DNA of 64,000 nucleotides from Nitrospirales bacterium (GTDB lineage Bacteria > Nitrospirota > Nitrospiria > Nitrospirales > UBA8639), in assembly GCA_965223295.1 (NCBI GenBank), contig CBDCWC010000003.1, positions 1,408,001 through 1,472,000 of the forward strand, written 5' to 3'. The notes under the pieces are model-generated. The model did no database searches, had not been told where the DNA came from, and was given only the letters and a program-made list of their open reading frames with translations. This document shows, in pieces, positions 49,250 to 58,327 of the stretch. Position numbers and translations under genes: made by a program. Each line of letters opens with the position of its first letter. The stretch's first letter is position 1.

Positions 49250-49261
49250 AAGCATTAAGAA

Positions 49262-50650
49262 TTATCGTTCGATCTTGAGTGCTTTTGCGGGTTGAGCGAT
49301 ATCCCCGCTTTTCCCAAAGCGGCCTTCTCCTCCTTCACCCAGCACATTTGTCGTATCAGTATACTCAATTTCTTGGGCTTCTTTGCTCAGGCTATCTTTG
49401 GGTTGCCACCCTAGCTGATCTAGCGTATCTAAAATCACTTTTTTGAGAGCTCCTGATGCGGTCATGCGGGTGGTGGCGAATGCCAGCACCCGCTCGCTTT
49501 CTTTTTCTACCTTGGATAGATCTGGATCATGCAGAAAGGACACAAGAGGTTCAATGGCCGTATCGCCTATTAATACTAAGGAGTTTGCAGCATACTCACG
49601 CAGCACTAAATCTTTCAACAGCAAGATCAAGTCCGGAATGACTTTGGGGTGACGAAAATGGCCGAGGGCTGTTGCCGCGGCTTCTTTGATTAAAAGATCT
49701 TCGCTGATAATGCAGCCAGGGGTCGGTTTCCCTTCCTGTTGAAAGCCTTTTCCCTTTAAGGCTGCTAACACGGGAGGAAAGGCTCGAGGGTCTCCAATCA
49801 TTCCCAAGGAAGCGATGGCATGTCGTTTCACGGTCCCGTCCTTCATCGCTTCTATGAGTGCATCGACTGCCTCTGGGTCGCCAATATTGCCTAGGGCAAT
49901 GGTTGCATCCTCTCTCACGGCCCGATCCGGATCTTTGAGCATGGTGATCAGGGCATTCACGACTCGTGATTCTCTCACCCATACTTTGCCCATTTGATAG
50001 TCTGTGGTCATTCCGCCTAACGCACGGACTCCATGACAACGCACGACAAAATGAGGGTCTTTCAAGGTTTCGAGTAGAGCATCAACCGAGGGGGCTCCAA
50101 TATACATTAAGGCTGTCCCGGCAGTTTCACGAACAATTTTTGAGGTATCTTTAAACAGTTTAATGAGTGTTGGGATAGCTTGAGGGTCTCCGATTTTTCC
50201 CAGAGCTTCGGCCGCCGCACTCTTCACCGCGCCATCCCGATCTCGGCATACTACTATTAGTCCCTTTACGGCTTCAGAATCACGAAGTTCTCCTAGAGTC
50301 TTGGATGCTTGCTCTCGGACGCGCCATCGTTTGTCTTTGAGGCTTGCCAGTAATTTGGGTACGACGCCTTTGCCCATAGAGGCCATGGCTCGAACGGCCT
50401 CGGCCTGGACTTCCATCATGTTGTCATTAAAGAGCGTGATCAGGCCATCGATACTTTTCTCTCCACCAATTTTGGCAAGAGCCCATCCCACATGACTTCG
50501 CACGGCCCAATAGTCATCATCTAAGGCTGAGAGGAGGGGCTCCAACGTTTTTGGGTCCCCTTTTTCTGCAAGCGCTTTGGCCGCTTCTTCTCGGGTGGCA
50601 TCATCCACATCTTCGAGGGCATCGATCCAATCTTGAACAGAGTTCGCCAT
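49262..50650 (-). CDS. HEAT-repeat (PBS-lyase-like) protein
   Basis: About a dozen units, e.g. LKDPDRAVREDATIALGNIGD. Confidence 0.88.
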   Translation of the reverse strand: MANSVQDWIDALEDVDDATREEAAKALAEKGDPKTLEPLLSALDDDYWAVRSHVGWALAKIGGEKSIDGLITLFNDNMMEVQAEAVRAMASMGKGVVPKLLASLKDKRWRVREQASKTLGELRDSEAVKGLIVVCRDRDGAVKSAAAEALGKIGDPQAIPTLIKLFKDTSKIVRETAGTALMYIGAPSVDALLETLKDPHFVVRCHGVRALGGMTTDYQMGKVWVRESRVVNALITMLKDPDRAVREDATIALGNIGDPEAVDALIEAMKDGTVKRHAIASLGMIGDPRAFPPVLAALKGKGFQQEGKPTPGCIISEDLLIKEAAATALGHFRHPKVIPDLILLLKDLVLREYAANSLVLIGDTAIEPLVSFLHDPDLSKVEKESERVLAFATTRMTASGALKKVILDTLDQLGWQPKDSLSKEAQEIEYTDTTNVLGEGGEGRFGKSGDIAQPAKALKIER

Positions 50651-50673
50651 ATTGTGCCTTCAAAATGCCTTAG

Positions 50674-51156
50674 TTAGTTCCGTAAATAATCTGGTTCTTG
50701 CGGATAGGGTTGCGTATGGCTGCAACGGATAGTCAATTTTTCGGAACCCCGGCCATTCACACACTGGTCGAGCGTTTTCGCAAAATCCAATGTTCCGGAA
50801 AGCGTCACCTTAAATAAAAAATCGAAGGTGAATGTTCCAAACCGATATTCCCCAGGCTTCAATTTTAACTCTTTGATGTCAGTGGTTTTGTACGCATCCA
50901 TGTTAATGGGATCCTTGGTCCAAATTAACGGTGTGATGCCTGGCACATGCCACCACGTTGGAGGATTTAACGCACTGGGGTCGACCGTAATGGAAAATTC
51001 ACGTAGTAAAGGATTCGTGGGTTCAGCCGCTTCCGCGACTAATGCGAATGCTGTTATCGACAGACAAATCAGAGAGAGACAGAGACTGCGCTTCAATGAA
51101 TTGTTTTGAGGATTTTCGAGCATGATTGATTTATTGATAAATTTTTTCGAGTTCAT
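50674..51156 (-). CDS. Hypothetical exported protein
   Basis: Hydrophobic signal ending AEA, beta-rich mature part with a Cys pair; start probably ATG 51123. Confidence 0.65.
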   Translation of the reverse strand: MNSKKFINKSIMLENPQNNSLKRSLCLSLICLSITAFALVAEAAEPTNPLLREFSITVDPSALNPPTWWHVPGITPLIWTKDPINMDAYKTTDIKELKLKPGEYRFGTFTFDFLFKVTLSGTLDFAKTLDQCVNGRGSEKLTIRCSHTQPYPQEPDYLRN

Positions 51157-52183
51157 TTTCCGTCGTTCGCCGTTGAGGTGTGGATTGAAAAATTTCTTTG
51201 ATTGCTTGGCTTTCCCATTCTGTGTGTGTTTGGAGGCCTAGAGCGTACATAATGGTCGCGCTCGTATCCAGCAGGGTCACGTCCTGGGCAATCGCATGGT
51301 GCTTTTTCACATTGGTTCCCCATGCAATCAAAGGGATTGTGGGATCTAGCTCGACTGTTTCCCCCTTTTTGACTTTCTTGGTAAGAGGATTGAGTGGGCC
51401 GCCGTTTAATCCTGTCACGATAAACATGGTTTTGTCCAAGACTCCAATTTCCTCATAATTCTTTATGATTTGGTAAATGGCCGTATCGACAGAGGTCACC
51501 GCTGCGGCATATTTTGGCGAGTCCCACCCATACTTTTCGCCAACGCGTGCGGCAGTGGGGAAATGAGCAACTAGTAGGTTAGGGACTCCAAAGAGCCGGA
51601 AGCCATGTCCGCCATCACCGGTGACTTTTCTGAGGAAATCTTGAATGTAGACTGAGACGGTTTCGGGTGTACATTGTGGTTTGGTATAGCCACAGACTTG
51701 AGAGTCAACATAAATTTCTGGACGAACCAGCTGATACAGCCGTTCGTCCATGAGGAACACACCTGTGTCAGCCCCGCCAGCGAGGTCCATATAATCAAAG
51801 ACTGTAGGGGAACGCATAAACGAACGGGCAAAGTCATAGTCTTCCCAGGCGGCGGTGACACGATGTTTTTCCACTGGCAGTCCGGTCAGCAACGAGGCCA
51901 TGGCCGAGACAGTCAGGGGAGGGGTAATGGATTGTGCAGACCAAGAAACTGCGCCCTCTTCGGCAAGCTTAGCCAGTTGAGGAGTCGCACCGTTTTGGAT
52001 TGTCGATGATTTGATTCCTTCGAGAACGACAAGAACAATATGTTCCGCTTGTGTGGCTGTTGCCGCGCTAGTAGCAGTATTGATTCCACCCAAACTGAGC
52101 CATAAAAGATTGAGGGCAACAAAAGACATTTTGGGTAAGGTTTTTGCCAATTCCCAGCTGGACCGATGCCGAAAAATACTCAT
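51131..52183 (-). CDS. Alkaline-phosphatase / nucleotide-pyrophosphatase superfamily protein, metal ligands degenerate
   Basis: HIVLVVLEGI, TPQLAKLAEEG, PPLTVSAMASLLTG, VDTAI...TMFIVT, IPLIAWG, LLDTSATI; signal peptide. Confidence 0.8.
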   Translation of the reverse strand: MSIFRHRSSWELAKTLPKMSFVALNLLWLSLGGINTATSAATATQAEHIVLVVLEGIKSSTIQNGATPQLAKLAEEGAVSWSAQSITPPLTVSAMASLLTGLPVEKHRVTAAWEDYDFARSFMRSPTVFDYMDLAGGADTGVFLMDERLYQLVRPEIYVDSQVCGYTKPQCTPETVSVYIQDFLRKVTGDGGHGFRLFGVPNLLVAHFPTAARVGEKYGWDSPKYAAAVTSVDTAIYQIIKNYEEIGVLDKTMFIVTGLNGGPLNPLTKKVKKGETVELDPTIPLIAWGTNVKKHHAIAQDVTLLDTSATIMYALGLQTHTEWESQAIKEIFQSTPQRRTTENELEKIYQ

Positions 52184-52464
52184 GATTTTTGCGATACTCC
52201 ATGTGAAAAATCAACATGAAAAAATGAAGTGAATGATAGTTAAAACCCAGTATTTATCTTTACAAAACCTCTTCAAGACGAAAATGAACTGTCCGCATGT
52301 CATTCAGGCCATTGAACTTATCATGCACATTTTCTGGTGGTCAACCAAATGAAGCACGGCTGGTTAGAGGGAATCGGGTCAGATAGAAAAAATTTATACG
52401 CCCTTGCTCTGAGAGGTGTGGATCGACTAAAAAAGTATCCCTTTGCTCTCAGGGTCTTGAGCTA

Positions 52465-53742
52465 ATGCCTCAAAATAACAATTTTCAGCATTCCCAATAT
52501 TCTCGTTCCAATCCTGGAGAACGAGTCTCCTATCCAACGTTTAAGCCTGGTAGTCCCATTAATTCCTCAGCTTGGAAGGAAGCCATGGCTCAGCTTGGAA
52601 ACCAATTGTCCAGATCTCACGTCAAAGGCCTTGTATTTGTCAGTGGACATCCCTATTCCGACCTATTTGGTTCGGCTCGCTTAGATGAAGTCGGGGGCTT
52701 AAAACGTGGTTATTCAAGGGGGATTTCAGGATTAGAGTCATTGTTGGCTCTTCTTCGGCCGTCCACGAATGGCATTGGAAACACTGATGATCCCATCCAT
52801 CCACCGCTGACAAATGATACATCGACCCATGAGCTATTGGATGGTCTTGCTCAAGAGGTTGGGAATTTTACGATGAACTATGTGAAGAAGTTCCAGGAAG
52901 GGTTAAATCCGGAAGGGAAGGTGGCCATGCCTTGTCATCGATATGTCTGGTCATCCGTTCATCATCATCTTGGGCGAATAGAAGCCGCAGTTGCTTTTGT
53001 CGAGTTCCTAGAGGGATGGGGCAATGATCTTTCACTCGCTCAGAGTGATCGGATTTTGCTGGTTGCACATGGACATGCGGGGCAGGTGTTAGCTCTGGTT
53101 TCTAATCTCATTACTTCTGGTGAATCTGAGGGTCGTCCAAGAATTTTTGAAATTTTAGCGAAATTCTGGGAGGTCAGCCCGAGTGAGGTTCGGTCTGTCG
53201 AGCGATTGGAGAAACTCTATCCGGCACTAGCCAAGCAACAATTTTTGGGTGGTGCTTCTGTCGATATGGTGACCTTAGGTACCCCGGTTCGATATGGATG
53301 GGATACCGATGGAGTTAGTCGCTTGCTGCATATTGTCAATCACCGAGGGATTCGGCACGATGGAAAACGATGGTTGTCCAAGATGGAATTGCCCCAGACG
53401 GCGTGGGAGATGCCTTATCTGACGGGCGGTGACTATGTTCAACAATTAGCTGTGGCGGGCACGGACGTTCTACCGGATTCTCCTGAAATGGAGCTGGCCA
53501 ATGTGGATCTTAGAGAATTATTAGAGCCCTACGATGGGTTTGAGCGGTGGCTAGAATGTACCAGGCGGACTACACGATGTTCGAACGATGGACAATGCGT
53601 GTTAGTTGACTATGGGGTACAAGCGTCGGAAGAAAAGCCAAGGCAGCATTTGTATGGTCATGGATGCTATACGCGGAGTCGGGCCATGGAGTTTTTAGCA
53701 AAAGAAATCGCGAAGTCGATGTATCCTGATCACGTGGGTTAA
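52465..53742 (+). CDS. Hypothetical protein, alpha/beta-hydrolase-like
   Basis: RILLVAHGHAGQV elbow-like motif and MVTLGTP strand. Confidence 0.65.
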   Translation: MPQNNNFQHSQYSRSNPGERVSYPTFKPGSPINSSAWKEAMAQLGNQLSRSHVKGLVFVSGHPYSDLFGSARLDEVGGLKRGYSRGISGLESLLALLRPSTNGIGNTDDPIHPPLTNDTSTHELLDGLAQEVGNFTMNYVKKFQEGLNPEGKVAMPCHRYVWSSVHHHLGRIEAAVAFVEFLEGWGNDLSLAQSDRILLVAHGHAGQVLALVSNLITSGESEGRPRIFEILAKFWEVSPSEVRSVERLEKLYPALAKQQFLGGASVDMVTLGTPVRYGWDTDGVSRLLHIVNHRGIRHDGKRWLSKMELPQTAWEMPYLTGGDYVQQLAVAGTDVLPDSPEMELANVDLRELLEPYDGFERWLECTRRTTRCSNDGQCVLVDYGVQASEEKPRQHLYGHGCYTRSRAMEFLAKEIAKSMYPDHVG

Positions 53743-53917
53743 ACACGATAAGTTACGTGATTGCCAAACTCTCTGGGCCTTTCGACCTTTGTTGTCCTAG
53801 ACATAAAGACACATTGATTATTTTTTAGAACCTATGATATCAATCAGGACTTTGTCTAAAAGAAAGAATTGACGGTGTAGGTTCTGTTTTTCGTAATAAT
53901 TTTCGAGATATGATCCT

Positions 53918-55084
53918 ATGAAAATTGGTGTGATCAAAGAAACGTATCCTGGTGAACAACGTGTGGCCTTGGTTCCAGCCGTGTTGCCTTCACTTACGAA
54001 GGGAGGCATGGAGGTGGTAGTTGAGTCAAAGGCCGGTGAGGCATCAGGATATCCGGATGCGGCTTATACCGAAAAGGGTGCGACTATCGCTGAATCTCGT
54101 GATCAGGTTTTTGAGATGTCCGATTTCGTTCTTCAGGTTCGCTTATTAGGGGCCAATCCTGATGAAGGCAAAGCAGATGTGCAGAAGTTCCGAAAAGGCC
54201 AAATGCTTGTGGGAATGGCAGAGGCGCTGAGTAATCCCCAATCGGTTCAAGATTTAGCCACGCAAGGTGTGACAGCTTTTGCTCTGGAACTGATGCCTCG
54301 AATTACGCGGGCTCAAAGTATGGATATTTTATCTTCCATGGGGACTGTCGCTGGTTATAAGGCTGTGCTGATGGCAGCCAATACTTTGCCGAAAATGTTT
54401 CCGATGCTGATGACAGCTGCTGGAACGGTGACTCCCGCTAAAGTCTTAATTATTGGGGCTGGGGTTGCCGGGCTGCAAGCTATTTCCGTAGCTCGTCGCC
54501 TTGGCGCGTCGGTGGAAGCCTATGATATTCGTCCTGCTGTGAAAGAACAGATCTTGAGCTTGGGGGCCAAATTTGTTGAGTTGCCGCTGGAAACAGGTGA
54601 TGCAGAAGATAAGGGTGGATACGCTAAAGCGCAAGATGAGGCTTTTTATCAGAAACAGCGGGAACTTCTGGGGAAGGTAATTGCTAGCAGCGACGTGGTT
54701 ATTTCCACCGCAGCTGTACCAGGTAAAAAGGCTCCAGTCCTTATTACGAAAGAGATGGTTGCTGGTATGGCACCTGGTTCGGTCATTGTCGACTTGGCGG
54801 CCGAACGGGGAGGTAATTGTGAGCTGACAAAGCCAGGTGAAACAATTGTTGCTCATGGGGTGATGATTCAGGGGCCTGAAAATTTGTCATCCACTATTCC
54901 CTATCATGCCAGTCAGATGTATGCAAAAAATGTGGCGACTTTTTTGTTACACCTCGTGAAAAAAGGTGAACTGACTCTGGATATGGAAGATGAAATTACC
55001 AAAGAAACGCTGATGACGCAAAATGGGGAAGTCGTTCAGCCACGTATTCGAGAGATGTTAGGGCTCCCGGCCTCATCAACATAA
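53918..55084 (+). CDS. pntA: NAD(P) transhydrogenase alpha subunit part 1
   Basis: EQRVALVP, PRITRAQSMD, GAGVAG, GGYAK, DLAAERGGNC. Confidence 0.95.
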   Translation: MKIGVIKETYPGEQRVALVPAVLPSLTKGGMEVVVESKAGEASGYPDAAYTEKGATIAESRDQVFEMSDFVLQVRLLGANPDEGKADVQKFRKGQMLVGMAEALSNPQSVQDLATQGVTAFALELMPRITRAQSMDILSSMGTVAGYKAVLMAANTLPKMFPMLMTAAGTVTPAKVLIIGAGVAGLQAISVARRLGASVEAYDIRPAVKEQILSLGAKFVELPLETGDAEDKGGYAKAQDEAFYQKQRELLGKVIASSDVVISTAAVPGKKAPVLITKEMVAGMAPGSVIVDLAAERGGNCELTKPGETIVAHGVMIQGPENLSSTIPYHASQMYAKNVATFLLHLVKKGELTLDMEDEITKETLMTQNGEVVQPRIREMLGLPASST

Positions 55085-55097
55085 GGACAAGACAGCT

Positions 55098-55382
55098 ATG
55101 GAAGACATGTTCATTATGGGCCTGACGATTTTTGTCCTAGCCATTTTTGTCGGGTTCGAAATTATTACCAAGATCCCCCCAACTCTCCATACGCCTCTGA
55201 TGTCGGGTTCCAATGCTATTTCCGGCATCACCCTAGTGGGTGCCGTATTGTCGTCTGGGGCTCAGCACACCATGACGACGACAATACTCGGTGTGTTAGC
55301 CGTCATCTTTGCCACAATCAATGTTGTTGGCGGATTTATGGTGACCAATCGAATGTTGGAAATGTTTAAAAAGAAATCCTAA
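55098..55382 (+). CDS. pntA: NAD(P) transhydrogenase alpha subunit part 2 (membrane)
   Basis: LHTPLMSGSNAISG, INVVGGFMVTNRMLEMF. Confidence 0.93.
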   Translation: MEDMFIMGLTIFVLAIFVGFEIITKIPPTLHTPLMSGSNAISGITLVGAVLSSGAQHTMTTTILGVLAVIFATINVVGGFMVTNRMLEMFKKKS

Positions 55383-55400
55383 TTGGGAAAATAAAACGGA

Positions 55401-56786
55401 ATGTCTGCACTGATTAATATCGGGTATTTGCTTGCTTCGGTCTTGTTTATCTTAGGCCTCAAGGGCCTGACGCATCCTCGTACGGCAGTCCAAGGCAATT
55501 TGATGGGGGCTATTGGGATGTTGTTAGCCGTTGTGCTGACGCTGACCAATCAGAGGATTGTTAGTTACGAAATGATCATTTTGGGTTTGGTAATTGGTGG
55601 AGCCATTGGGGCGCTCTTAGCCATAAAAATTGAAATGACTTCCATGCCAGAACTAGTAGCCGTATTTAATGGATTTGGTGGCATTGCTTCCGTGTTGGTG
55701 GCGGGTGCAGCGCTACTAGAAAATACATTGAATGGTGAAATTCCGGTGATGCAGTTAACCGTAGCCATTGCCGCATCAGGTCTTATTGGGGCAGTAACTT
55801 TTTGGGGAAGCCTCGTGGCCTTTGGAAAGTTAAAAGGACTCATAGGCGACGGTGCGGTCTTATTCTCTGGGCAGCAGGTCATCAATACGATCTTGGCTGC
55901 TACAATGTTGGCCTTAAGTTGTTGGGTAGTAATTGATCCAACAAATGGCATAGCCTATTGGCTTTTGGTTGGTGTGGCTTCGGTACTTGGGGTTCTCTTA
56001 GTTATCCCAGTAGGCGGGGCTGATATGCCCGTTGTGGTCGCCCTCCTGAATTCCTATTCAGGTTTAGCGGCAGCGGCCACAGGGTTTGTTTTGTCAAATA
56101 ATGTCTTAATCATCACAGGTTCATTGGTTGGAGCCTCGGGGCTTATTTTGACTCAAATCATGTGTAAGGCCATGAATCGATCATTGACGAATGTTTTGTT
56201 CGGAGTATTGGCACCTGTAGGTGGTGGGCCTTCCGCTGATGAAGTGTATGAAGGGAAGGTCAAATCCACATCACCAGAGGAAGTCGCGATGTTGTTTGAG
56301 TCGGCACGGCGCGTCTCGATTATACCTGGGTATGGAATGGCGGTTTCCCAAGCGCAGCATCCAGTTGCCAGCTTAGCTGCCTTATTAGAAAGTCGAGGAA
56401 CGAAGGTTGAATATGGCGTACATCCTGTTGCAGGGCGAATGCCTGGCCATATGAATGTCTTGCTGGCCGAAGCTGATGTCCCCTATGAAGCATTACGAGA
56501 CATGGACGAAACAAACGAAGATATCGATCAAGTGGATGTTGCGTTGGTCATAGGTGCTAATGATGTCGTGAATCCTGTTGCGAGGACGGATCCTAATAGC
56601 GCTATAGCAGGGATGCCTATTATTGACGTTGATAAAGCCAAAACAGTGGTTGTTATCAAGCGAAGCTTGAGTCCTGGGTTTGCTGGAATACCTAACCCGT
56701 TGTTTTCTTTAGATAACTCTTTAATGCTTTTTGGCGATGGCAAGAAGGCAGTCTTAGACATGATTGCCGCTCTTAAAGATTCGTAG
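55401..56786 (+). CDS. pntB: NAD(P) transhydrogenase beta subunit
   Basis: GGADMPVVVALLNSYSG, PGYGMAV, HPVAGRMPGHMNV, GANDVVNP. Confidence 0.96.
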   Translation: MSALINIGYLLASVLFILGLKGLTHPRTAVQGNLMGAIGMLLAVVLTLTNQRIVSYEMIILGLVIGGAIGALLAIKIEMTSMPELVAVFNGFGGIASVLVAGAALLENTLNGEIPVMQLTVAIAASGLIGAVTFWGSLVAFGKLKGLIGDGAVLFSGQQVINTILAATMLALSCWVVIDPTNGIAYWLLVGVASVLGVLLVIPVGGADMPVVVALLNSYSGLAAAATGFVLSNNVLIITGSLVGASGLILTQIMCKAMNRSLTNVLFGVLAPVGGGPSADEVYEGKVKSTSPEEVAMLFESARRVSIIPGYGMAVSQAQHPVASLAALLESRGTKVEYGVHPVAGRMPGHMNVLLAEADVPYEALRDMDETNEDIDQVDVALVIGANDVVNPVARTDPNSAIAGMPIIDVDKAKTVVVIKRSLSPGFAGIPNPLFSLDNSLMLFGDGKKAVLDMIAALKDS

Positions 56787-56970
56787 AGAAAAATTTCTTA
56801 TAAGTGGTATGTCGTAAGGTTTATCTAACTATATGATTTAAAACATATTTTTATATTTCATGCTCTCATTTCTTTCTTGCATAGGCTTGAAACACATGAT
56901 AAAGTATGGAGCTTGGAAGCCGAAAAAATAGAAAGAATTCATAAATTTCAAGCAACCATTTGAGGGAATT

Positions 56971-57165
56971 GTGGAAGTACGAGTCATCAATAATAATGTA
57001 GAAAAAGCTTTGAAAGTTGCCAAGAAGAAATTGGCGGCAGATGGGTTGTTTCGAGAATTAAAACGGCGTCGATTCTATGAAAAACCTAGCGTGAAGAAAA
57101 AAGCGAAAGAGCGCGAGGCAGCGCGACGTCGACAAAAGTGGTTATCTAAGCATCGCATGTTCTAA
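56971..57165 (+). CDS. rpsU: 30S ribosomal protein S21
   Basis: VEKALK...ELKRRRFYEKPSVKKK. Confidence 0.93.
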   Translation: MEVRVINNNVEKALKVAKKKLAADGLFRELKRRRFYEKPSVKKKAKEREAARRRQKWLSKHRMF

Positions 57166-57322
57166 GTGCTTTCATCTTCTTTCCAAGCCTAGGTCTCTCT
57201 AATAAGCGGTTTTCCATATAGTCATCTCTCCTCCTAATCAGCCATCTAGCTTCCAGGACGAAGACATTCAAGTCGTCCTTCAACAAATCAAAAAAGCTAA
57301 TAGGCAGTGGCCGTCCTCTTTT

Positions 57323-57892
57323 ATGGCAGAACTAGCTGCCAGTGGTTCTGATCCGTTTGAAATTCTTGTGGCCTGCATTTTAAGCCTGCGAACTCGTGAT
57401 CAAACAACGGCAGAAGCAAGTAGGCGGTTGTTTGCTTTGTCTGTCGATCCGTTTTCAATGGCCAGGCTGAATCTCAAAAAATTAGAAAACGCCATATTCC
57501 CTGTTGGATTTTATCGAACCAAAGCCAAGCAAATACGGGAAGTGTCGAAGCAGATTTGTGAAAGCTTTGATGGACGGGTTCCTGAGGCCATTGATGAGTT
57601 AGTGAAGTTGCCAGGAGTTGGACGGAAAACCGCTAACTTAGTAAGAACTGTGGGATATAAAAAACAAGGGATCTGTGTAGATATTCATGTCCATCGTATT
57701 TGCAATCGTTTGGGATATGTCTGTACTCATTCTCCAGATGAAACGGAATTTGTTCTTCGTCAGAAGCTTCCGCGAAAATATTGGATTATCTTGAATGACT
57801 TATTGGTAACCTTTGGGCAACATCAATGTACTCCACGCAATCCGCACTGTAATACGTGTCCGGTAAATGAATTGTGTTCAAAAATTCTCTGA
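57323..57892 (+). CDS. nth: Endonuclease III
   Basis: DPFEILVACILS, GFYRTKAK, LPGVGRKTAN (HhH), VDIHV, C-x6-C-x2-C-x5-C; frame stays open upstream to 57206. Confidence 0.9.
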   Translation: MAELAASGSDPFEILVACILSLRTRDQTTAEASRRLFALSVDPFSMARLNLKKLENAIFPVGFYRTKAKQIREVSKQICESFDGRVPEAIDELVKLPGVGRKTANLVRTVGYKKQGICVDIHVHRICNRLGYVCTHSPDETEFVLRQKLPRKYWIILNDLLVTFGQHQCTPRNPHCNTCPVNELCSKIL

Positions 57893-57938
57893 TTCTTTAA
57901 GTCTCTGCGCCTCCACGCTGAACCCTATTTTTCCTTCA

Positions 57939-58060
57939 GGGCCTGTTGAAAAAATCCGCCAGCGGCGTTCTCGCCATTTTTGAACAGCCCCCAGGCTGTT
58001 GATCGCCAAGAGCTTCATGGCGAAATATGCCCCTTGATATCTTCATTATTCAATACTCCC
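57939..58060. mobile_element. MITE family A copy 7 (122 bp, internal deletion)
   Basis: GGGCCTGTTGAAAAAA...CCATTTTTGAACAGCCCC...TATTCAATACTCCC; CTTCA duplicated on both flanks. Confidence 0.85.
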
Positions 58061-58312
58061 CTTCAAGAATTGGTTACCTTAGGCCCTGTGCATTACCTTT
58101 ACGTAACGTCAGGTATTCCATTGAAATATCGTGAAAAATAGTCGAAAAAAGCGAAAAGCTGAGATTGCTTTTTAGAAGTGAAAGAAATTCATGGAATATC
58201 GACCTCTAAAGCGTTACCGAAAGTAAACGACCTATCTTGAGGCCTAGAACAAAAAAATAAAATTAAGTCAATAATTTCAAATATTTACAAATATTAAGGT
58301 TTCAAAAAAAAT

Positions 58313-58327
58313 AGGTGTAAATATTGC
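58313..58327 (+). promoter_or_regulatory. Possible sigma54 promoter upstream of nxrA
   Basis: AGGT-GTAAATA-TTGC: GG and GC at -24/-12 spacing, imperfect match. Confidence 0.35.

Noticed and set aside
39929-50650. Phycobilin lyase (CpcE/F) assignment for the HEAT proteins
   Set aside because: Shared repeat type only; no phycobiliprotein or bilin-synthesis genes, and the context is a nitrite oxidiser
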